This document shows, piece after piece, positions 30,007-38,277 of a stretch of 64,000 nucleotides of DNA. Within the stretch, counting starts at the first letter, position 1, and each line of letters starts with the position of its first letter. A program made the position numbers and the translations under genes. The notes under the pieces were generated by a model. It searched no databases and was not told where the DNA came from. It saw nothing but the letters and a program-made list of their open reading frames with translations. Source of the DNA: a virus (lineage: Duplodnaviria; Heunggongvirae; Uroviricota; Caudoviricetes); IMG/VR virus record IMGVR_UViG_2907227753_000005; one strand, 5' to 3'.

Positions 30007-30045
30007 TTAACTTTCAATAGGTTCTTTCGTATAGAGAAGGTATAA
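30007..30045 (+). promoter_or_regulatory. TTAACT-N17-TATAGAGAAGGT promoter-like element, plus-oriented, antisense to the TerS-tdk-TerL operon
   Basis: Identical architecture to the 33772 and 58372 copies. It is followed at about 30066-30090 by the hairpin gccatcc-tgttaaag-ggatggc. Confidence 0.4.
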
Positions 30046-30080
30046 GCAAGCCGATACCCCTCCTAAGCGAAGCCATCCTG

Positions 30081-30626
30081 TTAAAGGGATGGCTCCTGCT
30101 TTGCAAAGCAAGTTCTACAAAGAGGTTCATACATATCATCACGAGCCACGAAGGTCGTACCGTCTCCCTTGTAGTAGTTAAGGGAAGCGAATTCCCCGCA
30201 CGAGCACCGCGTTCTCAGTTTGAAGCAGTTGTCGGCAATAGCCGCGATCATAGGCATTTGGAAGAACGGAACACCGTGTCTGTCCATATCCAATCCAGTA
30301 ACGAATACACTAATGCCGATCTCCCTCAGATTTTGAAGGGTCGGGATGAGAGTCGGGTCATCGAAGAACAGGGATGCTTCTTCAATCCCTACCATAGTGA
30401 GTCCTGGCTTCACATGAAGAAGAATCTCGCTTGCCTTCTCTACCCGAGTAACAGGATAGATGAGACCATCATGCGTCTTGATGATATTAGGCTCGTCCCT
30501 GTCGTCGGAGTAGGGCTTGAAGCATACAGCACTCTCCCCTGCTTCCTTCAAGTTAGCAATCAGATTGGTTGACTTGCCAGTGAACATCGTTCCCCAAAAG
30601 ACCGTAATCTCCCCGTGCTTAGTCAT
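30081..30626 (-). CDS. tdk: Thymidine kinase (TK1 family, 181 aa)
   Basis: P-loop FWGTMFTGKST and a C-terminal Zn ribbon (CSCG...CRTC) are typical of the bacterial/phage TK1 family. The gene is inserted between the TerS-like gene and TerL. Confidence 0.85.
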   Translation of the reverse strand: MTKHGEITVFWGTMFTGKSTNLIANLKEAGESAVCFKPYSDDRDEPNIIKTHDGLIYPVTRVEKASEILLHVKPGLTMVGIEEASLFFDDPTLIPTLQNLREIGISVFVTGLDMDRHGVPFFQMPMIAAIADNCFKLRTRCSCGEFASLNYYKGDGTTFVARDDMYEPLCRTCFAKQEPSL

Positions 30627-31227
30627 TCGCTTTCCCCCTCATCATGTCTGCGAACCACGTAGTCCCTTTTGCCATCTTCAGCTTCTCAGCGATAACAGGA
30701 ATCTTCTCGGGACATTCTTCTTTCAATGTAGATAGCACAATGTCCATGAACTTCCTGATGTTGTTGTAATCGTTGATTTCCTTTTGAATCTCGGTCATCT
30801 GCTTCAGGAACTCACGCATTTCAGAGATAACAGCCTTGTACTGGTAAGGGTTAACGAACTTACCTTTCTCGTAGGCATCCTCCTCCATTGCTTCCAGGAG
30901 CATCTTCGTCTTGTTGTATAGTGAAGTCACCTCGTGGATAATGTCCAAGTGATTGTTGACTACCTGAACCAATCTACGCTTGTCCTCTTTTACAATCTGC
31001 TTGCTGATCTCAGGCAACTTCTCGAAGAAACGCATGACCACGTACTTGTCGAGGAGATCACCGTCAGGAACCTTACCACTCGCGTTCATCTCATCAGCGA
31101 TTTGCTGATAGGACAGACCGCTCATACGGAGGTTCACCACGTCCTCCTCAAGTTTGTACTTGACGATCTTGCTCTGCTTCGAGGTAAGCGAGAGTTCTTC
31201 ATTTCTTTCCTCTGCCACTAACCTCAC
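30619..31227 (-). CDS. Terminase small subunit-like DNA-binding protein (202 aa)
   Basis: N-terminal HTH (LRMSGLSYQQIADEMN) with a helical C-terminal domain. It is upstream of TerL and overlaps the tdk start. Confidence 0.5.
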   Translation of the reverse strand: MRLVAEERNEELSLTSKQSKIVKYKLEEDVVNLRMSGLSYQQIADEMNASGKVPDGDLLDKYVVMRFFEKLPEISKQIVKEDKRRLVQVVNNHLDIIHEVTSLYNKTKMLLEAMEEDAYEKGKFVNPYQYKAVISEMREFLKQMTEIQKEINDYNNIRKFMDIVLSTLKEECPEKIPVIAEKLKMAKGTTWFADMMRGKAND

Positions 31228-31291
31228 CTCTTTCGTTTTCTTATCTTTAGGTTAGGCTGAACGCACCAAAACGCACCAAAGAAAAACCCCT

Positions 31292-31945
31292 CTACATGAG
31301 AGGGGTCGGTCTGTTTGGAAGCTCGTCTATGATTTTCGCAACCTGTTCGGCGCGTTCCTTAATCTCGAACTCATCAGCGGTGATGATGTGGATATGAGAG
31401 CAGTAGTTTCCGTGTTCGTAGATACGTTCGGGGGTAATGAGCACGACATCAGCAACAGCTTCCATCTTATGCTTACCCTTCTCGAACTTCTCGGGGTCGG
31501 TTAAGGAGTCGAACACTACAAGGTTAGGGTAAGCGGTCTCTACTGAGCTTGCCATACGGCTGTCGTTTACCCAGTAGACCACCCTTCCACCCTGCATCAG
31601 TGATCGGACATTAGTACCCGCCCGCGCCACCACGAAGTTTGGAAGTTCGGGGAACGGGTACTCTAGCTCATCAACCTGATAGAACTCCTCACTCGAATTG
31701 ATGTAGACCACGTTGTACCCAAGTTCCGCTAATTCCTTCAGGAGCCGCTGTGGTCGTCGCCCGAAGCTTTCGCTGTGGAAGTCGATGGCGGGCAGGTAGA
31801 CGATGGTCGTATTAACCTTCGGTGAGTAACGAGAGAAGTTGAACTCCTCCATATCGAACTCCAATACCTCAACTGGATCAACCTGCGGTTCAACCGCGTG
31901 GCTACCGAAAAGCCGTTTGAACAGTTTTCTCATCGACCTCTCCAC
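31292..31945 (-). CDS. Short glycosyltransferase-like protein (217 aa), paralog of the N-terminal half of the next gene
   Basis: IVYLPAIDFHSESFGRRPQRLLKELAELGYNVVYIN aligns with IVYPPALDWNLLFQRPQQLMTAFSKIPGVRAIFIN in the 369-aa GT. Confidence 0.45.
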   Translation of the reverse strand: MERSMRKLFKRLFGSHAVEPQVDPVEVLEFDMEEFNFSRYSPKVNTTIVYLPAIDFHSESFGRRPQRLLKELAELGYNVVYINSSEEFYQVDELEYPFPELPNFVVARAGTNVRSLMQGGRVVYWVNDSRMASSVETAYPNLVVFDSLTDPEKFEKGKHKMEAVADVVLITPERIYEHGNYCSHIHIITADEFEIKERAEQVAKIIDELPNRPTPLM

Positions 31946-33011
31946 CTCCCATCACTTTGTTTATCATCTTAACCGCATCCATCGCTCTACTGTCCCAGGA
32001 GTTAGCTTGAGCAACCGCTGTTCGTGCCGCGATCTTGGCGGGACTGTTCTCTTTAAGTGCCTTGTCAACCATCTTGCCGCAGTTAACCCTATCCATGAAG
32101 TAGGTAACGTCACTGTATTTGTTGACGATCTCCTCCATGCGGGTCGTTACAACTGGCTTGCCCGCTGACAAGTACTCGTAGTACTTGATCGGATCACAGC
32201 CGCGAATCATCTCAGTTAACTTGAACGGAACCATACAGACATCGAACTGAGCGATATATGCAGGAAGAACTTTGTAGTCCTTGTGCGGAAGACAAGTCAC
32301 GTTCGGATGCACTACGTTCTTTTGATACAGGGCATTGTTCCCGATCAGTACGACACGATGACCTTTATTGGCAATGTCAGTAATCAACCAGTAATCCACC
32401 CAGGATGCCATCGCCCCGTGGAAGCCCACCACCTTCTGACCCTCGTTTACCGCAGGGAAGTCGGGAGGTTTCGGAAGGGAGACCTGCGCTTTCTTGAAGT
32501 GTTCGTAGTCAGCTCCGTTAGGGCACATGAAGATCGGCTTGCCATCGTCCTTATGAGCTTCGTACATAACTTTCGCCGTGGTAGCTACGAGATCGGCTCG
32601 GGCGAAGCATTTTGGGATGTAGTTCTTCCAAATAGCAAATTCGTCAGCGGAGTTGTCCAGGTAATCGAATACAGTGAAGTCGAATCTGCGTCCGTCACGG
32701 TAGTTGTACTGACCTGGGTTGGAGAACCATAGAACCTTCTTCCCTTTGACAAGGTGGTCGTAGCTCACACCCTTGCGTACAAGGAATAGGTCTTCGTTGA
32801 TCTTTTCGATTGGACGGGACATCTTTTGATACGATTCTTCATTAATGAAGATCGCCCGCACACCTGGAATCTTTGAGAACGCAGTCATCAATTGCTGAGG
32901 ACGTTGGAATAACAGATTCCAGTCCAAGGCAGGTGGGTAAACAATCGTCATTTCAATGCTATCGAACACCGCGCTCTCCTCCTTCCTTCTATTAAGTAGC
33001 CACTTTAGCAA
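31902..33011 (-). CDS. Glycosyltransferase, GT-B fold (GT1/GT4-like, 369 aa)
   Basis: C-terminal ...YYEYLSAGKPVVTT resembles the GT4 E-x7-E / G-x-P-V-V donor-binding region. It overlaps its neighbours. Confidence 0.55.
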   Translation of the reverse strand: MLKWLLNRRKEESAVFDSIEMTIVYPPALDWNLLFQRPQQLMTAFSKIPGVRAIFINEESYQKMSRPIEKINEDLFLVRKGVSYDHLVKGKKVLWFSNPGQYNYRDGRRFDFTVFDYLDNSADEFAIWKNYIPKCFARADLVATTAKVMYEAHKDDGKPIFMCPNGADYEHFKKAQVSLPKPPDFPAVNEGQKVVGFHGAMASWVDYWLITDIANKGHRVVLIGNNALYQKNVVHPNVTCLPHKDYKVLPAYIAQFDVCMVPFKLTEMIRGCDPIKYYEYLSAGKPVVTTRMEEIVNKYSDVTYFMDRVNCGKMVDKALKENSPAKIAARTAVAQANSWDSRAMDAVKMINKVMGGGEVDEKTVQTAFR

Positions 33012-33735
33012 TCAACTCAGCCCCTTCCGCATAAGCGTGGATCGGGCGAAGCCGCGTATCTACGAATAATTTGTAACCTAGTCGGCGGGCTTGTTCGCAG
33101 AATGGCGCATCTTCCCCAATGGGATGCAGTCCGTATCTTACTCCTGCTTCTACAACCTCCCTCTTTATCAAGTACACCGCCCCTGTGAGATCAACAGGAA
33201 TGACTCCCTCCTGGAACTCAGGGACATGCCGCCCACCGATCATGGCATTATGCGCTTTGATTTTCGGGTGGTTTTGGATAAGCATGGAGCAGACATCCAA
33301 GTCGTTGTCGATCAACTGCTGAAGGCTTCCTTCAGGAATGATAATATCCGTATCAATGGATAGTAGATAGTCGCAGTCGGACTGCAAAAACTCGTGAAGC
33401 AGGATGTTCCTAAGTAAAGCTAGATTGCCGTATGAGTATTGACCGCGAACATGACCGTACTTCTTCCCTAGATTATGAGTAGCATACGGGATGCCTTGGT
33501 CGATAAGGATTTGTTCAGTCTCGTCATCGCTGTCATTCAGGATGTACATGAACTCTTTGTCCACATCCTGAGACATCAGCGAATCCAGATGCCGCCCCAG
33601 TATCCACGCTCTGTTTCTTACAGGAGCACCTATAAATACTTTCGCCATTGCCATTTCCCCCTTTTCCTCTTTATCTAGTTTAGACCGATAGACATTAGCC
33701 TTTTGCCGCGCCCGCCAAAAAAACACCAATTCCAT
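32992..33735 (-). CDS. Glycosyltransferase family 2-like (GT-A fold, 247 aa)
   Basis: N-terminal Rossmann-like VFIGAPVRN, Asp-rich DSDDE and SIDTD motifs, and its size fit GT2. Confidence 0.55.
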   Translation of the reverse strand: MELVFFWRARQKANVYRSKLDKEEKGEMAMAKVFIGAPVRNRAWILGRHLDSLMSQDVDKEFMYILNDSDDETEQILIDQGIPYATHNLGKKYGHVRGQYSYGNLALLRNILLHEFLQSDCDYLLSIDTDIIIPEGSLQQLIDNDLDVCSMLIQNHPKIKAHNAMIGGRHVPEFQEGVIPVDLTGAVYLIKREVVEAGVRYGLHPIGEDAPFCEQARRLGYKLFVDTRLRPIHAYAEGAELIAKVAT

Positions 33736-33771
33736 TTTATATAGGTAACACCGGCTTTTTTTGAAACGCCC

Positions 33772-33810
33772 TTAACTCTACAGGAATGACCTCGTATAGA
33801 GAAAGTGTGA
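33772..33810 (+). promoter_or_regulatory. TTAACT-N17-TATAGAGAAAGTG promoter driving the 33824-35965 plus-strand block
   Basis: -35 TTAACT at 33772-77, a 17-nt spacer, and -10 TATAGA at 33795-800, with conserved GAGAAAGTG downstream. Confidence 0.5.
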
Positions 33811-33823
33811 GGGGGATGAAACG

Positions 33824-34024
33824 ATGGACAGATTCAAGGCTCCCGATCACAGGGACGAGCCTTCTCCTATCGGAAAGACCTGCCCTTACTGCAAAGAGGA
33901 CATCCTCGAAGGCGACGAGATTGACGAACTGCATGACGGTGAACGTGTTCACTCGGACTGCACGGATGAATATCTCCGCGATCAGCATGTCCTCACTCGA
34001 CGCACCGCAGTGAGAGGGGAGTGA
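33824..34024 (+). CDS. Small Zn-finger protein (66 aa)
   Basis: CPYC...HSDC motif with a good RBS (GAGGGGGA) directly downstream of the TTAACT-N17-TATAGA promoter. Confidence 0.5.
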   Translation: MDRFKAPDHRDEPSPIGKTCPYCKEDILEGDEIDELHDGERVHSDCTDEYLRDQHVLTRRTAVRGE

Positions 34025-34186
34025 TTCTGATAGGGACATTAATTGCACTACTCGCAACAATCGTGTTCGTAGCCATTTTGTTATGGTTCTTGGCGGCTGT
34101 CGTCTTCGTTAAGGTGGCGAAATTCGCTTTGAAACTCGCAAGACCGTTCATTGACAACTTAAAAAAGAACAAGGGGGAATAACGGT

Positions 34187-35035
34187 ATGAAGAACAACCG
34201 TGGATTATTCATTGGAGGAGCAACAGTAGTAGGATTGGCGGTCATCGGTACCTTGATCTATCTGTTGCTGTGCTTGACGACTATCGCACCAGGGTATGTA
34301 GGTGTGGTTTATGACCGCTCGGGCGGCTTGGAGAAGGAGACACTTCCTCCTGGTTGGCACTTGGTAAGTCCTACGAAGAAGGTAACTGAGTATCCGATCA
34401 GTACGGAGACTGTCCACTACGAAGGTGACAAAGCGTTCAGCATTGCTACTAAGGACGGTAAGGTTGTCAAAGCCGAGCTGATGTACTCCTACCATATGGA
34501 TGAGAAGCGTATCCCTGATGTGTTCGCTAAGTTCCGTGGGCGTACTGACAGTGAGATCGAATCGACTTATATGAAAGATCGCCTGTCAGCAATGATTCAA
34601 GAGATCACTTCCAACTACGGAGTGCTTGAGGTTTACGGTGACAAGCGTGGGGAGATCAACAACAAGGTGTTCGAGTCCTTCAGAAAAGACTTGGACGCTG
34701 TAGGTATTGAAATCGAGACTTTCAACTTCAGTAAGATCGAACCTGACGCTGAATCTCTGAAGGCTATCCAGTCTTTGGTTGACTCTCAGCTCAAGCTTGA
34801 ACAACTGAGAATTGAGAAAGACCAGGCTCAAGTCACTGCCGAGAAGCAGTTGGTAGTAGCTAACGGTAACGCAAACGCTAAGATTGCGGAAGCACAAGGT
34901 GAAGCGAAAGCTAACGCCGCACTCCAACAGTCGATCACTCCTGAACTTCTGAAGAAGATGGAGATGGAAGCCCGCTTGAAGTGGGGTTGGGTAACTATTC
35001 AAGGTGCCCAGGCTGTTGTGACCGAGAACAAGTAA
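34187..35035 (+). CDS. SPFH/band-7 (prohibitin/HflK-like) membrane protein (282 aa)
   Basis: N-terminal TM helix, then an SPFH-like core and a C-terminal coiled coil (AEKQLVVANGNANAKIAEAQGEAKANA). Confidence 0.7.
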   Translation: MKNNRGLFIGGATVVGLAVIGTLIYLLLCLTTIAPGYVGVVYDRSGGLEKETLPPGWHLVSPTKKVTEYPISTETVHYEGDKAFSIATKDGKVVKAELMYSYHMDEKRIPDVFAKFRGRTDSEIESTYMKDRLSAMIQEITSNYGVLEVYGDKRGEINNKVFESFRKDLDAVGIEIETFNFSKIEPDAESLKAIQSLVDSQLKLEQLRIEKDQAQVTAEKQLVVANGNANAKIAEAQGEAKANAALQQSITPELLKKMEMEARLKWGWVTIQGAQAVVTENK

Positions 35036-35224
35036 TGGACGAGGGAGGAGAAATCCTCCCTTTTTCCTATTCTATTAAAGAAAGGAGTTGTTAACGATGT
35101 ACGATTGCCCTGATTGTATGAGCTTCCTAGTGGTTTGTCCTTGCTGTCAGCACTCATTCTGCCCTGACTGCGGAGCTTCTGAGGATGAGATTGAGGAGAA
35201 GAAAGAACAGGAAGGTGATGAGGA

Positions 35225-35965
35225 ATGCTAGGAACCTGGGACTTGATTAAGAACTGGTTCCAAATGGCGGCTAACGGTGAACGCCATGCTTCAGTTCGGT
35301 TCGGGGATGCTTCCAATACCATCCTTGCTCATGATACCGTGCTTACCATGGACTTCATCAAGTCGCATTACGGTTGGATCAGCGACCCGACTTACTGTGG
35401 CATTACCCTTCCTAACGCGAATGCAAGGGACATCATCGTTCACTGCTTGCGGAACGCTGACTACGTAGGTCACCTGACACAGACTGATCACTGGTACTTC
35501 AAGCCACTGTTCGATATGTGCTTGCGATACTACCGAGTGGAGCCGAAGGAGACCTTCTATGCGTTCGAGAACAATTACATTGCTCGGTTCAAGCCGTTCT
35601 ATGACACCTTCAGGACTTTACCAATTTTGCTCTGTGGAGCCAAAGCTGTCCAGTACAAGGAAGTACTAGAACGCCGCTACGGTTTCACTGGAATCGTTGG
35701 TACCGTCGATTGTCCCAACTGGGAAGGGTTACAGAAGGCTACTAAGGACATGGAAGCCCTATATAAGACCAATCCATGGCGACTTGCCCTCGTTTGTGCA
35801 GGTGCTCCTGGCAAAGTACTGGCTGTGAAGGCGAAACTGCTCGGAACAGTGGGTGTAGACTTCGGATCGGGTGCAGATGTAGCCATTCAAGCTGATAAAG
35901 AGGGCTTAGATGCCTGGGATTACAAAGGATTCCCCGATTATTGGGCAGGAAGACCACGAAAATAG
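35225..35965 (+). CDS. Hypothetical protein (246 aa)
   Basis: Clean ORF followed by the GACCCCTTTTGGGGTC-T6 terminator. Confidence 0.5.
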   Translation: MLGTWDLIKNWFQMAANGERHASVRFGDASNTILAHDTVLTMDFIKSHYGWISDPTYCGITLPNANARDIIVHCLRNADYVGHLTQTDHWYFKPLFDMCLRYYRVEPKETFYAFENNYIARFKPFYDTFRTLPILLCGAKAVQYKEVLERRYGFTGIVGTVDCPNWEGLQKATKDMEALYKTNPWRLALVCAGAPGKVLAVKAKLLGTVGVDFGSGADVAIQADKEGLDAWDYKGFPDYWAGRPRK

Positions 35966-35971
35966 CCCATT

Positions 35972-35993
35972 TTGACCCCTTTTGGGGTCTTTT
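35972..35993 (+). terminator. Rho-independent terminator (gaccccttttggggtc + T-run) ending the 33.8-36.0 kb plus-strand block
   Basis: Perfect 6-bp GC stem with a tttt loop and then TTTTTT. Confidence 0.6.
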
Positions 35994-36116
35994 TTGTGTT
36001 CTATGTGCAAAAAATAGCCGTTTTTTGCACATAATTAAGCGTTTTTCGTCACTTTTTCATCGTTTTTGAGCTTTATTTTGCACTATTTTGACCCCCTTTT
36101 TAGCCCTAAATTATAA

Positions 36117-36145
36117 AAAGACCGCCCTATTTAGGACAGTCTTTG
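36117..36145 (-). terminator. Terminator of the minus-strand tRNA operon
   Basis: In minus orientation aagactgtcctaaatagggcggtctt is followed by ttttt. This is the convergent terminator zone between the two blocks. Confidence 0.5.
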
Positions 36146-36187
36146 GGAACCTGGGTGCTCGTAAGCAGTCCAGGAGGGTCACTTAAT

Positions 36188-36261
36188 TGGCAGGGGATGC
36201 AGGAATCGAACCTACGAATCGACATTCAAAGTGTCGTGTCTTGCCACTAAACGAATCCCCG
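36188..36261 (-). tRNA. tRNA-Gln (anticodon UUG)
   Basis: Folded by hand: anticodon arm CGACA-CUUUGAA-UGUCG, T-arm GUAGG-UUCGAUU-CCUGC, U8, encoded CCA. The acceptor has a C1/U72 mismatch. Confidence 0.6.
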
Positions 36262-36262
36262 A

Positions 36263-36336
36263 TGGAGCGAAATGAGGGAGTCGAACCCTCACCGTCTGCT
36301 TGGAAGGCAGAAGTTCTACCATTAAACTAATATCGC
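36263..36336 (-). tRNA. tRNA-Gly (UCC)
   Basis: Anticodon arm UCUGC-CUUCCAA-GCAGA, T-arm GAGGG-UUCGACU-CCCUC, encoded CCA. Confidence 0.65.
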
Positions 36337-36338
36337 AT

Positions 36339-36412
36339 TGGCACAGGCTGATGGAATCGAACCACCGTTAACGGGTTTGGAAGCCGTAGTTCTGCCACTG
36401 AACTAAACCTGC
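36339..36412 (-). tRNA. tRNA-Trp (CCA)
   Basis: Acceptor GCAGGUU/AGCCUGU. Anticodon loop UUCCAAA with a 31-39 mismatch. T-arm GGUGG-UUCGAUU-CCAUC. Confidence 0.5.
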
Positions 36413-36421
36413 ATATTAAGA

Positions 36422-36493
36422 TGGACTGAGATGGAATCGAACCACCGTCTGCGGGATTTCACTCCACCGCTAAGCCACTCAGCTACCAGTCCA
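36422..36493 (-). tRNA. tRNA-Phe (GAA)
   Basis: Perfect 7-bp acceptor UGGACUG/CAGUCCA. Anticodon loop GUGAAAU. T-arm GGUGG-UUCGAUU-CCAUC. CCA is not encoded. Confidence 0.5.
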
Positions 36494-36495
36494 TA

Positions 36496-36569
36496 TGGGG
36501 TGACGGACGGAATCGAACCGTGGACTCCTGATTCACAGTCAGGCATGTTACCACTACACTATCGTCACC
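36496..36569 (-). tRNA. tRNA-His (GUG)
   Basis: Acceptor GGUGACG/CGUCACC with discriminator C. Anticodon arm CCUGA-CUGUGAA-UCAGG. Confidence 0.55.
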
Positions 36570-36570
36570 A

Positions 36571-36647
36571 TGGTTGGAACAGATGGATTTGAACCATCAA
36601 CCTCCCGCTTATCAGACGGGTGCGCTAACCAGTTGCGCCATGTTCCA
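36571..36647 (-). tRNA. tRNA-Ile (GAU)
   Basis: Acceptor UGGAACA/UGUUCCA. D-arm GCGC-AACUGGUUA-GCGC. Anticodon arm CCCGU-CUGAUAA-GCGGG. T-arm GAUGG-UUCAAAU-CCAUC. ACCA end. Confidence 0.65.
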
Positions 36648-36648
36648 T

Positions 36649-36728
36649 TAGGCTCCTCCGTCAGGACTTGCACCTGAAACCGTCTTTGCGCGAGACAGCT
36701 CTACTAACTTGAGCATTACGTGAGGAAT
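36649..36728 (-). other. tRNA-like segment that does not fold into a canonical cloverleaf; possible pseudo-tRNA or other small RNA
   Basis: A T-arm-like UCAGG-UGCAAGU-CCUGA and a D-arm-like GCUC...GAGC are present, but no acceptor pairing could be found. Confidence 0.25.
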
Positions 36729-36730
36729 AT

Positions 36731-36805
36731 TGGCAGGGAAGCCAGGACTCGAACCTGGAACATCCGCATTAACAGTGCGGCGTTCTACCATTGAACTACA
36801 ACCCT
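36731..36805 (-). tRNA. tRNA-Asn (GUU) with two U-U mismatches in the acceptor stem
   Basis: U8, D-arm GUUC-AAUGGUA-GAAC, anticodon arm CCGCA-CUGUUAA-UGCGG, T-arm CCAGG-UUCGAGU-CCUGG, GCCA end. Acceptor AGGGUUG versus CUUCCCU. Confidence 0.45.
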
Positions 36806-36806
36806 A

Positions 36807-36905
36807 TAGGAAACCGTAGGTGGACTCGAACCACCGATAAAGCCACTCATTCTCGTCGTGAGCAGGAATCAAACCTGCGTAGCAGTACCCCGTAACGGTC
36901 ATATG
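36807..36905 (-). other. Degenerate tRNA-like region, possibly tRNA-Ser(UGA)-like with a truncated D-arm
   Basis: There are two T-arm-like hairpins (GCAGG-UUUGAUU-CCUGC and GGUGG-UUCGAGU-CCACC). A class-II-like fold with a 6/7 acceptor pairing is possible, but the D region is too short. Confidence 0.25.
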
Positions 36906-36907
36906 AA

Positions 36908-36981
36908 TAGGAGATGTTGGATTTGAACCAACGACCCTGTGCGTCCAAGGCACGTACTCTAACCATCTGAGCTAATCCCCT
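36908..36981 (-). tRNA. tRNA-Pro (UGG)
   Basis: Acceptor AGGGGAU/AUCUCCU with one G-U pair. D-arm GCUC-AGAUGGUUA-GAGU. Anticodon loop CUUGGAC. T-arm GUUGG-UUCAAAU-CCAAC. Confidence 0.6.
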
Positions 36982-36985
36982 GTAT

Positions 36986-37060
36986 TGGCGGCTCTAAGGG
37001 GAATCGAACCCCTCCCTCTCCGCTGACAACGGAATGTCCTAACCGATAAACGATAGAGCC
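36986..37060 (-). tRNA. tRNA-Asp (GUC)
   Basis: Acceptor GGCUCUA/UAGAGCC. Anticodon arm UUCCG-UUGUCAG-CGGAG. T-arm GGGG-UUCGAUU-CCCC. GCCA end. Confidence 0.65.
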
Positions 37061-37064
37061 AAGG

Positions 37065-37176
37065 CATCACCCTGTCGGACTCGAACCGACTCTGGCGGCT
37101 AGTTTCCCCTTAGGTACTCGTAGCCACAGTGCATCCCACACTGAGGGCTAATAGTGCTCCCAACCCGAAGGTCAGG
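37065..37176 (-). other. T-arm-containing tRNA-like remnant fused to a minus-oriented copy of the conserved GC-rich intergenic element
   Basis: GUCGG-UUCGAGU-CCGAC T-arm with no matching acceptor. It is followed, in minus sense, by ccttcgggttggg-agcactattagccctcagtgtggg, which matches the 42.8 kb element. Confidence 0.3.
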
Positions 37177-37186
37177 AGCGTATTTG

Positions 37187-37804
37187 TTACTTACCAGTCG
37201 CGGCTGTTTGAACAGTAACCTTGGAGTTACCTGCGGCAACGACAGCATTCGTAGCAATGGATTCAACACGGCTGTTAGCGGATTTTAGTTCTTCACGCAG
37301 TGTAGCGATCAGAGCTTCTTGGGATTCCACAGTTTCCTCAAGGGAAGTAATGCGGTTCTCAAGAACCCGTTTGTCAGCTTTATTCTCAGCATCCTGCAAG
37401 CGCAGTTCACCGTCGAACTCCTTCTTGGCTTCGGTTTTACCTTTGTTGAAGGCAACCGCTTCAGCTTTCGCCACAACCTCAGGAATCGCAGTAACCTTGG
37501 CTTGAAGTTCAGCAACCACGGACTCGGAATGATCGGCAGACTGCTCACGAGCTTCAACAGCTACTTCGCGGTCAGCGACTTCTTTAACACGATCTGCAAG
37601 TTCAGAATCCAGTGCGTCCTGACGATCACGCTTTTCCTTGTTGAACTGGTATGTATCTTCTTCCTTCTGACGAGCCAGTTCTTTCTTCCAAGCCGCCGCT
37701 TGTTCTGCTTTCTCCGCTTCAAACTCCTGACGAGCTTCCTCAATCACAAGTGCGTAAGCGTCCAGTACGTTCTGCTTCGTTTCAACCGTTGTTTTCTTCG
37801 CCAC
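37187..37804 (-). CDS. Coiled-coil protein (205 aa) embedded inside the tRNA array
   Basis: Highly charged, Ala/Glu/Lys-rich heptad-like sequence with tRNA genes on both sides. Confidence 0.5.
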   Translation of the reverse strand: MAKKTTVETKQNVLDAYALVIEEARQEFEAEKAEQAAAWKKELARQKEEDTYQFNKEKRDRQDALDSELADRVKEVADREVAVEAREQSADHSESVVAELQAKVTAIPEVVAKAEAVAFNKGKTEAKKEFDGELRLQDAENKADKRVLENRITSLEETVESQEALIATLREELKSANSRVESIATNAVVAAGNSKVTVQTAATGK

Positions 37805-37839
37805 GTTTTCGTTCCCCCTGGTAAGTGTTTTAGTTGTTT

Positions 37840-37913
37840 TGGTTTGGGTAGCGGGATTCGAACCCGCGTCTACTGGTTATGAGCCAGTCAAGGAACCGCT
37901 CCTCTATACCCAG
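37840..37913 (-). tRNA. tRNA-Met (CAU); the C1/A72 mismatch is initiator-like
   Basis: Anticodon arm ACUGG-CUCAUAA-CCAGU. T-arm GCGGG-UUCGAAU-CCCGC. ACCA end. Acceptor CUGGGUA/UACCCAA with 1-72 unpaired. Confidence 0.55.
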
Positions 37914-37916
37914 TCA

Positions 37917-38174
37917 TTAATAGACAATCGCTTCGATACCATCACTCGTAGTGACAAGCTTCAGGCGACCCTTGAACTGCAACGAACCCTGCGTATGAGG
38001 ATTGTCGGGAGTGTTCTTCGTCGTGAAAGGAACTTCAGAAGTGAGGTTCATCACGTAGTATGTCTCGCCTTTACACTTGATCGTCCATGGAGCAATGCCA
38101 GGATTACCGATGCTTTTCTTATTGAAATGAAAGACTACTCTCGTTGGTTTATCGCTGATAACTTCTTCGATCAT
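37917..38174 (-). CDS. Small hypothetical protein (about 85 aa from the internal Met; the ORF track extends it to 38249, where it would overlap tRNA-Cys)
   Basis: The ORF lies between tRNA-Met and tRNA-Cys. The start was moved to MIEEV to avoid the tRNA overlap. Confidence 0.3.
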   Translation of the reverse strand: MIEEVISDKPTRVVFHFNKKSIGNPGIAPWTIKCKGETYYVMNLTSEVPFTTKNTPDNPHTQGSLQFKGRLKLVTTSDGIEAIVY

Positions 38175-38202
38175 AGCTCTCACCTCTCTAAGGATTGTTT
38201 TA

Positions 38203-38276
38203 AGCGGAAGGATGGATTCGAACCACCGATCTTTGGGTTTGCGACCCAACGCCTTAAACCTCTTGGCTACTTCCGC
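38203..38276 (-). tRNA. tRNA-Cys (GCA)
   Basis: Perfect acceptor GCGGAAG/CUUCCGC with discriminator U. D-arm UAGCCAAG..GGC as in Bacillus tRNA-Cys. Anticodon loop UCGCAAA is atypical at position 33. Confidence 0.5.
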
Positions 38277-38277
38277 A

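Noticed and set aside
29688-30020. 110-aa plus-strand ORF overlapping the terL start
   Set aside because: It is antisense within terL. It is only notable because the TTAACT-N17-TATAGA element lies at its 3' end, and that element is reported separately.
36649-36728. A 14th canonical tRNA
   Set aside because: Exhaustive acceptor/T-arm pairing attempts failed. It is retained only as a tRNA-like segment.
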